Assembly: GCA_000934665.2 (NCBI GenBank) | Contig: JYFJ02004457.1 | Span: 1-32,018, forward strand | Origin: Catajapyx aquilonaris | Taxonomy: Eukaryota | Length of the DNA stretch: 32,018 nt | Direction: 5' to 3' | Part shown: positions 12,435 through 23,813 of the stretch, piece by piece | Layout of the letters: every line of letters starts with the position of its first letter | Position numbering within the stretch: position 1 is the stretch's first letter | Made by a program: the position numbers and the translations under genes | The notes under the pieces: model-generated | Told to the model about the DNA's origin: nothing | Seen by the model: only the letters and a program-made list of their open reading frames with translations | The model's database searches: none

Positions 12435-13135
12435 GGATGGAGTGTGTATATAGGAAATACCCTGGCGCATTCTCAGTACGAACCTATCGATTCAAACCGG
12501 TCGGGTATACCGGACCGGTTGTTGGTGGGAACCCTCAGTTGGCCCAAAGAAGGCTCTGGGAACACATCACCATACCTTGCCTCATGTGCACCCAACACGT
12601 GTCCGGAAGCTATGGGTTCACAACGAACTGAGCTAACCCTTTTCTGAACCGGTCATGCGCTTCTTGGAGATCAACGCCCTGTTGCTGTTCGACACGGTGT
12701 TTGTCTTCTTCCTGTTCCTGGTGGCTGTCACCTGCCTCATCTACTCACTACCAAGACCTAAGGCGCCATTGCTGAGTCCAGCCCAGTACGTCACGACGCC
12801 GGACCAAACGGCGTTGGCACAGGCTTACGAAGTATGAGGGCACGTGGACCCTTCCCGCCGATGCTCCACCGGAAAGGACGTCATGGAGCATCACATCCGG
12901 GAGAGGCACAACCTACGTCACATCCGTGGACGGCACAACAGACAAATCTGCGGAAGGCACATTGTGGCGCCTGGGGCAGAGTGTTGTGACAATGAGTGGC
13001 ATATCTTGTTCAACGTGTGTCAGGTCTGTTAGATAAAGTAGTGAACTCTGGGGCCGGCAGGGCACAAAGGCTGGTTAATTGGCCTAGTTATACACGTTAT
13101 AATTGTGGATTAAAGCCGTTGTTCGCGTTCAATTG
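12435..13135 (+). pseudogene. Intronless rhodopsin-like (class A) GPCR pseudogene, ECL1 to TM7
   Basis: Ordered motifs across frameshifts: GWSVYIGNTL (ECL1 WxFG), AFSVRTYRFKPVGY (TM3 SxxRY...PxxY), LWEHITIPCLM (TM4), ALLLFDTVFVFFLFLVAVTCLIY then QDLRRH in the +1 frame (TM5 and ICL3), KSAEGTL...VVTMSGISC (TM6-like), and WPSYTRYNCGLKPLFAF (TM7, cf. WLxYxNSxxNPxxYxF, ending 13130). 28 of the 30 codons from 12655 end in G or C. Confidence 0.55.
12495..12520. repeat. Zero-spacer palindrome, 13-bp arms, 1 mismatch
   Basis: AACCGGTCGGGTA|TACCGGACCGGTT. Confidence 0.8.
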
Positions 13136-14599
13136 GTCGTGTAATGGATTAACACATGGGTGGAAACCGGCAACAATTAGCGCAATTTGTTTGAAACCTG
13201 CCTTGACAATGAGTCGGACCCGGGGGGTTCAGGTAAGGGGGAATTAAATCGAGTTGCAAAAGCCCAAATCCAGTTTATTCCAATCAAAAAAAAGAGATAG
13301 TTTTGTAGGCATTGTCGTTTTAACAAAATTTATTTCGGTTCATTGTTGTTGCGGCAACGGCCAGTTATTATTGTTGCAACTTCATAATACCGGTCTTCCA
13401 TAGCGAATCGGGACGTGGTTTCTCTTCCACGTACCCCGTTCTTCTCACGGATGCCAAAATAACACACGAAGTAATACATGTAGTTCCTACCTATCGTGTA
13501 ATGACAATGACTTCTGCAAATGACAGTGTTAAAGTGATCCTTCATTTGTGCAAGTCCAAAGTGCATCGTAGTGACCACAAGGACTTTCACGCATGAACAT
13601 GACATACCTTGTGAATTAAGTAATTCCTGCAGGACCATTTCCAGGAGTCTTTTTTTTTGGGTGTGTTTGCAAGTCGACTGTACATATATTTGCTCCGTCG
13701 ATTGACGGAGACGATTGCCCCTAGGTAAACTCGTTCAGTGTGCAACTTAGGATCCAGCATAAAACTCACAGAGTATGTTTGTACAGGCAAAATGTGCTGA
13801 TGTTAAGTCAGACAAGCCGAGCTTAATTTCTTGAAAATGAGAAAATCAGTAATTAAAAGGTTCGTTATTTTTAGTTGTACAACCAATGATTTAAGAGTAT
13901 TGCCTTGTGTTTTTTGAGTGATTATTTGCTGGATACGATCGACTCATTTGGTGCTAACACAAATAGTTGGATGAATGTGAAAAAACAGGGTCTTGCTTAT
14001 ATATATTTACAATGGTAGAATTGACTACCTTTTGGTAGTATATAAAAGACATTAATTTTTTGAAATTAGAGGTGTTTTACCATAAATTATCTCGATGTTT
14101 TGCGAATATAATCCGACCCCAATACCACACTGCACACTGTTTCCAAACTGCAAAAAAACTATCCGAAACCAATACCACCCGAAAAAAATTAACGAACATG
14201 CGCAAGTTGGTCATGAAAAAATAACGAGCAATGTGGCCCCATTTCACGAAATTTGAGCTAAAATCACGACTGTCAGACATGAAAGTATATTCAGTTCCTC
14301 CAAAACCAGAAATGCAATATCAGCCTTTCGCAACCTGATCCGTCTGTATTACTTTTCCCCTGGAAAAAGACTAGGCAAAATCCGGTCTGATGAATGGTGC
14401 TGCCCTCTAATCCTAGTTGACCACGTGACACAAGTAGGCCTAGAAAATCCTTCAGTTAACAAAGAAGTGGGTTGGGTCAAAAGGGGATGGGGGGAACTGA
14501 GACCAATGCCCCCTGCAATTCAATTCCGTTGGCTTGAAGAGAATGGGGAAGGCAAGAGATAGTGCAAATGGTGGCAACGACATGCTGAGAGAGCTGGCT

Positions 14600-14860
14600 A
14601 AAAGAAAAAAAAAACCCATTTTCCATCCTTGTTTAGTAAGCTTGGAGTGTTCTGCTGAGGAAAAAGGAGCGAATTTATTTAAGCATTGAGATTGACGCCT
14701 GGGGGAAAAAAAAGCAGCTCTTTTTGAAAGTAAATGCTTTTTATGTAGAATTCGCTCAGGGAATGACAGGTATTTTTAGAAGAAAAATATTTAAAAAGTG
14801 CGTTCAGAGGCAATCAAATGGGATGGACCAGATGGGGTTGGAGGAACTAGGAACTGGAGC
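14600..14860 (-). pseudogene. Possible L2/CR1-like LINE post-RT fragment
   Basis: FLQPHLVH (cf. LIxPHLxY), LLSKRAA (cf. LQKRAAR) and NTPSLLNK...W occur in order on the minus strand. Confidence 0.25.
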
Positions 14861-15398
14861 TATTCATCAGGGTTTTTTTGCAATAAAAATATTCTTTTTT
14901 TGTTTATTACTGTACCATCCACTCTACACAAACATGCGAAATGTGGTATTGACGTGTTTTACTCCGGCTGTCACGTTGCAGGCTCGTTAGTGACCGTTGC
15001 GTTGTCGCTCGTTATGATAATTTGCACTCGACGTGACCTGTCGTTGAGGACATGTGGTATTGTGGTGCAGAAGGGGGTAATATGTGAGGACATTTTTTCT
15101 ATAAAAAAAGTGTCTTAAATGCAAAACAATGTCACGACGAATATATCAGGATCATTGTACTGCCATTTGTTCATATCCACTGGTTTTTAACACGATATTG
15201 TGATCATTATTGTAACAACAATGGCAACAGTTGTTAAAATCAGGAGTGACTAATGGTCTTAATTCTTTTTTTACTTTATCCGACAGTGCTGCTTGTGCTC
15301 GTGTATTTATCACGTAATTATTGACCACTTATTATTCACTCCTGACTCCAATTGTTCACAGTTTGTGGGTCGAAATTCCAAGATTACGCTGCGGGATA

Positions 15399-15720
15399 GG
15401 AGTAGTCCAAAATGATGTTAATATCCCGCAATATGATTTATAACCCAGCTGCCGCCGGGATGGCGCGATTTCTGCCTCCCAGCTATTGTCATTGAAATCT
15501 ATGTGCACTAAGGGTATCACTGACCTGGTTGATAATTTTGAGCTATTGCAAGTTGTAAATAAACGAAACTGCTTCAAGATAAAAGTTTATCCACTTTTTT
15601 TATATCCACACCCTTTAGTTACAATAGTGAGTGAACCCAGCACTTTACTAGAGTGTATTGATACCTATAGAGTGGAAAACAGGGTGTGTGTATGTCTCCG
15701 AATACCGCGGATCATTACAA
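15399..15720 (+). pseudogene. LINE APE-like endonuclease remnant (CR1/L2-like)
   Basis: GVVQNDVNIPQYD (cf. GDFNxPxIDW), ITDLVDNFELLQVVNK (cf. FxDxxxDxxLxQxVxxPT) and TADH at 15704-15715 (cf. SDH) are in the correct order. Confidence 0.5.
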
Positions 15721-15936
15721 GGGCTCTTGTGCTTGGGGCCACAAATGCTTCGATAAAACCGAACCAATCTCTGCAGATGGTTTGCGGGCTCGGTTTTGGT
15801 TAGGGAACGAATCCTCCAATTCTGAGGGGAAATCTGACCAGTGTTGGATGAGAAGAAGGATGAAAATTATTTGTTTGGTTCGGAAAAAAGGTCAGAGGGT
15901 AACGGAATAGAAGTGACCCAGCTGCTGCAGGTTTAA

Positions 15937-16367
15937 ACTCTTATCATGCGCCCATTAAATAAAAATAAGATAATATTAATTGATTAATTGATTGAAAAAT
16001 CAATCAAATGGAGTGAAAAACCACTCAAAATAATTTAGAGTGAAAGCTAAACGTAACTAAATATTAATTATTTTCTATAGTTATGTGTAGCTTTCCCTCG
16101 TAATCATTTTGAGTGGTTTTACACTCCATTTGAGGGATTTTTCAATCAAACTTCTACCTGGAGTGATTGTGGCACAAATTGAATAAAAATCACTATATCT
16201 CACTTGAGTTATATTTATCACTCAAACTGAGCGATCACATGAAATGGGTTTCGCTCATTGCTCATTTTCACTCTACTTCCGTGTAATTTTCCACTCGATT
16301 TGAGTTGAAGGTAATCTTTTCGGAGTGAAATTCACAAAGCGTTTGAATAACCGATTTCATAAGAGTG
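15937..16367. mobile_element. Foldback non-autonomous DNA element rich in GAGTG/CACTC subrepeats
   Basis: 72-bp imperfect inverted repeat at 15988-16059 and 16078-16149. Further GAGTG/CACTC motifs run to 16367, and the possible outer termini are ACTCTTAT (15937) and ATAAGAGTG (about 16367). Confidence 0.65.
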
Positions 16368-17997
16368 ATGTATACACAATACAAAAACCAAATTTACTTC
16401 TTAATATGCGTTAATGCTAATTAAATAGTTGGACTTAAGCGTTATATTTTCCCACATATTGCAGTGGATATTGAGAGTGTACACTGATGTGTGCAATAAT
16501 TATTATCGTGTCCTCCATAACCTAGCGTAAATGCCCGCAATCCTGGTGCACGTTACTTGATCAATGCAACAATCCGGTATGGCTATTGTTCTGTCAGCCT
16601 AATAAACGAGAACATAAAAGCTTCATGTGCGTCACAGTGACCTATTTGACAGCATAATTCAACATTGCTCATTGATTTACGTTATATTCCATAATGACAA
16701 TATGACAGGTACAGTGTATCGACTCTGAATAATCGCGTTGAACCAATAATTAATTTCAAAGGCGAAATTCGCTTGATGTGTGGGCTAATGAATATTCCAC
16801 AAATTTATTATTTCAATCAGATTTTTTTGGCGGGTACTGTAGATTTACACCACGATCTACACCAACTCTAGGATCTAGACATATGCTTATAGCCATGGGC
16901 TATAGTACAGAATCGATGCGATGCAGCCAAGTGATTCGCGGAATTCAACGAAAAAATGGCCCTCCGGCGACTTCTCGTTAACATGTTGGCTGGAGAAAGG
17001 TAACCAAAAATTTATTCGACAGGTGTTCTACTTTTGAGTGAATTATGAACTGAACGTATCGCTAATGCAACATTCACTTCACTTAACTTTATCATAGCAA
17101 AGCCAATAACTCTTTTTTGATTGTCTTTAATATTTTTAGTAGCCTAATAGTTTTAGCCAAAGTGAGTTCAGTAGCTATACATCTGGATTCAGACTTGTTA
17201 ACCCATCTGAACTACACTGTAATAAGTTATTAATCCTAGGTCATATCCATAGGTCATATTGTTGGACAGTAAATACGAGCGGACCTGGCCATATTGTTTT
17301 TTACTTCCACTTTTGCTCTAAAAATTGCACAGTGCAGTGCTGCGTTATATGAACAGTCAGTGACAGCCTGTGGGCATATTCCAGGATATATTTTTGTATG
17401 CGTATAGGTTTGTTCTGCCTTGCCTAGCCTAACGCACCCGAGGATATGCTTATTACATACGCCATTTGATCGCGAGCCGCCTCTGCGTATAGAGCATTAA
17501 CCTCATTTTCTGCTACATTTTCACTGTTATAAAGGCTGCCTGGTAGAAAAGCGCAGAGAAAACTTTGATTGCACAAGAATACATGTCGCTGAGTTATTTT
17601 ATCATGAATTACTTACTGTCTGTGACCTCTTACCCAATTTGATATTTCAGCACTATACAGCATATCCTTAACAACATGGCAACAACGGAGAAACCTGCAT
17701 GGCTATGGGTGATTTTTTAAACGAGTGTAGCCTAGTGCGCATCACAATTTGCGCAGCTTGCACGGTTGGCATTATCAATAATTTTGTTGTCAGAACAATG
17801 GGTGAGCAATCGATTGTGTTCATTTAAAAAATCATTTGTAGCACAAGGTATTATAGTTTCATGACTTGGTTTTGATCACAAGGGATTGTTGATTTAAACT
17901 GGTTGCTCTGAAGTGAGAAATCATTCATATTAATCCATACCGTTTTGACAATCTATTCAGATTACAATCCGAAAATCTTGGGAAGCAAGCGGCGCTT

Positions 17998-18050
17998 GAT
18001 TTGATCCATTGTTGAGAAGCGGATCTGTTGCAGAAAATCCTATCTGTCCA
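17998..18050 (-). pseudogene. Short LINE RT fragment
   Basis: QIGF (18046-18035) is followed after a frameshift by STMDQI (18015-17998); cf. QxGFRxxRSTxDQI. Confidence 0.3.
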
Positions 18051-18709
18051 GTTATCAGACTGGAAAGTGTCGCATTTGGTTCCAGCTTCTCTCCATCCTT
18101 ATCGTATATCCACATTACACAAGTACAGGGCTGCTGGGTATAATCATGCCCGTCTGCCTCACAATAGTTTAATTAGTACTTAGCTAGCTTGGTCTCGTCA
18201 CATAATCTTCAGTGTTTATAATCACTAATTATGTATTCATGAATGGGCGGAAGAGGACGGTGGGTTTAGGAGCTAGACAGCAGGGTGCAACTATTGGAGT
18301 GCAGTCTGACGTATGGAAACTGTTTATACTAGTACTGAGAGAGAGACTCGGAGCGTAATATTGTGCAGGATATTTGCATAGAAATATGCAATGGAAGCTC
18401 GGGTTTTAGAAGTTTGGACAATCGTGTAGAAAGCGAATAATGAAAACAGGCTGCTATAAGGAAAAAAAGCAAGGGCTACATTTTTTTTTGTTGAAAAAAA
18501 GGCGAGGTACGGTCGATGACTCGGTTCCTGTAACTTAATCTACACTTCGTCACTTTCCATTATCTCTGCAAAAATTCGTTTAGTATATTCTTCTAGCCGA
18601 GTGCACTGACTCATGAAGAGAGAAGACCTGTTGAACTCTCTAGAAAGAGGACCCCCCCCCCCCAAAAAAAAAAATGGGGAGGACAAGGAAGCAAAAATCT
18701 TGTGAATGT

Positions 18710-19330
18710 CTCACATCCAAAACCCATTCTTTAAGTTTGTTCCGGAGATGCTGGATCCGGATGAAAAAAGGTATATTTTATATTCATATTCCGGAGAGAG
18801 ATTTCTCTGAGACGAATTTTAAGTCTGAAGAAGAGGGAAAAAGAATATGGGTAGTTTCAGCTTGTACAATCTTGAGGAGTGATGTATGAAGTGGCGTATG
18901 ATGTTGAGAAATATGATATATTCAGTGTTATATAACAATATTTTGACTGACGGTAATGAACAAAAGATCATCCTTTTTGTCTCATATTTCAATATAATGA
19001 GGCCATTTTGGAAAAGTATGAATTTGTTCCAAGTCAACGTTTCACGTCCAAGAAGATTGTTCCTTAGACGTTGACGAGCTGTTTACATCAGCGATGTCAT
19101 TTTTTCGACATAAAAATGAGCAGAGGCCACCCGATGTATCACCCATAAACACTGCCAAATCGTGGAATATTACATTTGGGTAATGAACCCCGTGAGATTG
19201 GTCCTGATCTCCCCAGTTCCAAACATGCAAATGATCATTAAATTTAATTCTAGTCATGTCATGCATACTGATGCAAATGAAACGCCACGCCTTGTTCGTT
19301 CTTCCTGATATTGCCAGCTACTCTCACCCC
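18710..19330 (+). pseudogene. Penelope-like element RT remnant
   Basis: HPKPIL (cf. PLRPIL), CSLDVDELFTS at 19058-19090 (cf. SLDVxSLFTN) and IKFNSSHVMHTDA from 19237 (cf. FxFNxxxYxQxDG). Confidence 0.5.
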
Positions 19331-20714
19331 ATCTCCAAGTTGAGGCCAATAAGGATCCTAGAGTCTGCCGGATACATCAAGCCTTTCTCTCACAAACCTT
19401 ACCCGAAATTAAACCCGACGTTAATTACATTATTACCAGTACACGCCATGGCTCACCGATACAAAACACAAAAGGAAAATGAGGAGAGAGCTCGTGGAAA
19501 ATTCTCACAATGATCAACGGTATTTTACATGTTCCATGTGCAAAGTGCCTTAATGTACTTTGTACTGTACAAAATGGCACATCGTCGCTCATATCACTGA
19601 TCATTTTGTTCGCTCGCTTTTCCGGAGCTCTGCTGAATTACATCCGTTACATACGTAGTAGTGCAAAGGTGAGTTACATGTTAATATTGTCACGCTTTCA
19701 TGTCAATTGTTCACTGTGTTACGCATAATGTAAAAAAGTGACTAGTGAACCGGTTGACTTTTGACAAATGATCAATGACAACTTTAATGGGATGGCCCGC
19801 TGATTTGTAGTACTATTCTTCACGCTTAGATGGCGCACACGGCACACTCCCTCTGCACACTCCTGCCACCTTTAGCTCGGGCGAGATACGCAGGTCGGAG
19901 GACAAATATCCGACAGAGAGAATAAGCCTAATAGGAGGAATATTTATTATATGAAAATTAGGAGATATGAAAGGACGGTCTAACGGAAATGTTTATGAGC
20001 TACTAATTACTGCATACATACCAAAATGAGTCAAGAAAAGCTGCGAATATTTACTTATTCTCGTAGCCCGCCCGCTATTGTTTCTTTAAAAAATTATAAG
20101 AGGCTTTAGCAATGTGCAATTGATGAGGATGCTATTCCGAGTCGGCTTAATTACGAGGAGTGGAAACTCAACGCTACAGTGAACCTGGGATTACAGGTAC
20201 ATCCGACTATGCGTACTTGCTGGGGGTTTAAACCCTCGGGAAAAAAAATCAATGTGTGCTTTGTAGCGCATTCTTTCCACCAGGCTGAATAAGTTACTCT
20301 AATTATGAAGGCTGGCAATTGCATGACGCAACCCAAGTCATGAGCTAATGACATGTAGCGCATGTCAGCTGAGCAGGTAAAGAGCTTCATGGGCAAAACT
20401 GAGCCTCGGTGATCGATGGTTCAAAGGGGGCCAGTGACCTACCAAAGGCCCCTGTTTTGTACCGTTTTTGAGTGTACATCGTCATAATGTTGGGAATTTG
20501 GTTTTTTTTGCTTCGCTTGCTTTACCTTTATAGTGTATAGCCTTGCACAAAGCGTACGCTGGTGAGTAAACAAAGTTGTTCTCAAGTCTTTGTGAAGTTT
20601 CAGTGTACAGAGTGTTAGTTCCAAGCGAATGTTTACTTTAACAAGAGTATCAAGGATGGTATTTCTGTGCCGTCGTTTGTTCTTCATATGCACCGTTTTG
20701 GTCAATGGGAAACA

Positions 20715-20762
20715 TCTGACAGTACAATCTCTTGATGTACATTAAGAGATTGTACTGTCAGA
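20715..20762. repeat. Zero-spacer palindrome, 24-bp arms, 1 mismatch
   Basis: TCTGACAGTACAATCTCTTGATGT|ACATTAAGAGATTGTACTGTCAGA. Confidence 0.95.
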
Positions 20763-20969
20763 ATTTCCTTAAATTGTTAGTACAGTACTACACACAAATT
20801 GTCGAATATTTTCCCGAATAATAGTGACAACATTTTAAACCTGTACATTCAATGTATGACGTGTTAATATAAGTAATATTAGTACATTCGGGCTACATAG
20901 CCATAAACTTTCAATGATACTTCTGCCTTAAAATAATAATGAGTTGTTGTTACGACGCCTTTACGCTCT

Positions 20970-21462
20970 TCCCATTACAGAGTGAACCCATATATCCCCA
21001 TCCTCCTCCCTTTTAGCACTTATACCATCTATTTATTCCACATAGCCGAACCTATCATCCAAACTTTTTTTTAAACGTGATTTATCATGTTTCTCACTAA
21101 AAGTTTCTTGGCAGCCTCTGCGATAATCCAAATTCCCCTCATATACTTACTGTACACTATACACCACATGTCGCGCCCACGATCCGGAACAGCTTTCAGG
21201 ACATAAAACCCGAAGGTTTACTATACCCTGGACCAGTCTTGCTTCAGATATAAGATAAAAAAAAGTGAGATAAATCGAAGGCAACAGAAAAGAGGACGGC
21301 GCTTACAATGCCGGGTAGAATATCGACATGATGTTCTTTCCATTTTTTTTTCCTTCTAAAGTGTGATGGATGTCTTTCACTTGTCGTGTAGGAGACTAGA
21401 GGTACCTTACTCTCATTCACCTCACGCCTTCTTCGTGAAAAAGATGCTGTTTTTTTGCTCAT
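20970..21462 (-). pseudogene. Possible Penelope-like linker and GIY-YIG endonuclease remnant
   Basis: SKVPLVSY (cf. RIPLVxTY), then RHVVYSV...LDYRRGCQETFSEKH (cf. NVVYxI...YxGxT...R...H), then KREE...IWVH (cf. RExxWI). Confidence 0.3.
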
Positions 21463-21834
21463 GATCGGGTCTGGCGAATACGGAATTGGTCGGAACAGAT
21501 GGTGGAAGAGAGGAAGGGGAAAAATATCAAGGGGGGGGGGGAGAGAGAGAGAACAAGTGAAGCAAAATTTGGGGACCTGGAGCGTGACTGACCCTTAATG
21601 AAGGTACGCCAATTGAATCGAGGAGAGCTCTTATGAATTGAGTACTATAACGTGTCTCGGGAGTGAGGGGATAAAAATGGTAGCCCTTTCAGTTTTCTAC
21701 TCCCAATTTTTATCGCTAGTCCTTTTTTAACAGACATGAACATAAGGTCTTAACGAGAACCGATTTAAGTATTTCTTCAAACAGAAAAACATCAAAATTC
21801 ATTTAAAAATAAGGACGATTTTTTTACATGGGTT

Positions 21835-21889
21835 TGCAAAATGTAGGTTAGGATAGGCATACTATGCCTATCCTAACCTACATTTTGCA
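21835..21889. repeat. Perfect palindrome, 27-bp arms, 1-nt spacer
   Basis: TGCAAAATGTAGGTTAGGATAGGCATA-C-TATGCCTATCCTAACCTACATTTTGCA. Outer imperfect pairing (TTTTTTTACAT with ATGTAAAAAAA) extends it to about 21819-21908. Confidence 0.97.
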
Positions 21890-23621
21890 TATGATATGTA
21901 AAAAAAATGTTTGAGCACCAATGGTATTGACGCCACAGTCTAAATTATTTTTCATCTCGAATGGAAGTTCAGTGCTGGCAGTACATAATGGGATCAACTC
22001 TCGCAGGCATAACCTATCGGCAGGTGTACTATATAGTAAAGACCTGCGGGACATTGTGCTGGTCCTATAGGAACACGTTGCGCTAGGCTATGTGCGCCCT
22101 ACTTTTTTTAACCCCCGTGTGTAATCAGAGTGGTTTTGCTTACGGTACGTTGATAAGCCTCCGTTGCATTAGCAGCACTGTTGCCCTATAGCACTGGAAA
22201 AAGATATTTTTAAAAAGAGGGTTATTAAATTCTTAAAAAAGCCGGTTACATATGCTCGTGGTGTTTGTTTCAACTGCTGTAAATGTTAGCATAGGACACT
22301 GAATTCAAATTTAAAGAGACTGTATGAAGTATGAATATAATCTCAGGAGTTGGTTATCACCAGCACTCAACTCCTTTCAGTTTAAATGCCTGGATGGTTT
22401 TTCAAAAAAAAAATGTCAGCTCACTTGTTAGGAAATGCAATTCAGTATGTCTCACCATTAGTGTAAAGCAATGCTTGTAGAGTAAAAACCCATTTTAACG
22501 ACTCTTCCATCTCACCACCTTAGGGGAAGGTAACACAACTCTCAAGTGGAAACTCTAATGGTTGTTCCTCTGCATGGACAAGCCTGAAGGGCTGCAGTGG
22601 ATTGCATTATGATATTATGAACCAATAAAAATAGAGATCATATGGCTTGACGTCATAAATGTATGACTTATCTGGGATGCACATATTTAAAGACATTTTT
22701 TAAAACAAATACATGGCCACAATTTTATTTTGTCTTTTATACTGAAATGCCACTTTCCTATACATAGTGTATAGTAACTCCAACTGTATAAAGGCAACGA
22801 TTTTATAAAAATCAATAACAGAATCTTGTGAATGTTAGCTTACCAAGAGAATATTTTGCCCGCCACAACTTTTTTGTGATACCTTCTTGCAAGATTGCTT
22901 TTCCAGAAAGTGAATAATTTCCAAGCAAATGTGGTCTCCAGGACAACTGAATTCAGGCAGAAACTGGGTCTACATCAACACCCAAGGCAAGGTGTCATTT
23001 CTACGCCTTCAGAAAATTGAAAAATAGTGCACATATTCGTCACAAGAACTATAGTTCAATATATTTTTAACTTAAAAAGTGCCATCACTATTTTTTCTAT
23101 TTCAGGTTGTAATGACAAGTTGGCCTCAATAGTACAGTAAATCTTTCTCAGCTTGAACTCAATTTCGTTGTATTTACGAGGATTTTCGCCCTTCTCAGCT
23201 GTCGCTTCAGAGCGTAGGATAGTTCTCTGAAAGAAAATAAAAGCAAAAAAAAAAAAAGAAAAACAAACTGAAGGAAACGAATGACATATCGATTGATCAT
23301 GATCCGACTTGGAATTCAGAGACTTCCTCTTTTTTTCGCAATTCTACTTGTATCTTCCTTCGCTTTTGTTAGACTTTTAGGACTTTTTCTAGGAAACTAG
23401 AGCCGTCTGGCAGTGAGTGCGAACTCTGTTTTTTCTTGCTCTCGCACTTTCCTTTCGTAGGTCAACACATAACAGTCCTAATTTAGCTCCTTTCGTTCCA
23501 AGGAAGGATGTCTTGAAGGTTTCCTACTTCGAACTTTTTTTCCTACCATTTTCAGGGGCAATTCACCAACTTTTATTTAACTTTGGATGAATAGGTTTGC
23601 AGTCCCAGTTGAATCTTTCAA

Positions 23622-23813
23622 CTATGAATATGGCACTCTTTTTTTTGTGATGTCTTCTCCCTCAGGAGACTTTTTCAATAACCTTTTGGTGTCGACAGGG
23701 ACAAAGGCCGCAATGACTCCTTCCCCATAATGGCCCAAGTCGAGTGGACTTTCGAGGTGATTTTTTGGACTGTTTGTGACGCCTTGGCTGGTTTTTTTTA
23801 TGGGCCTCCCCAA
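23622..23813 (-). pseudogene. Possible Ty3/Gypsy RT-RNase H connection fragment
   Basis: KNHLESPLDLGHY (cf. KxxLxSxPxLxHY) is followed by KRVPYS (cf. RPIAYAS). Confidence 0.3.

Noticed and set aside
12437..12631. IPCLMCTQH as an Erv1/ALR CxxC motif suggesting a viral gene
   Set aside because: The flanking Erv motifs (WxxLH, HNxVN) are absent, and the GPCR TM3-TM4 reading explains the region better.
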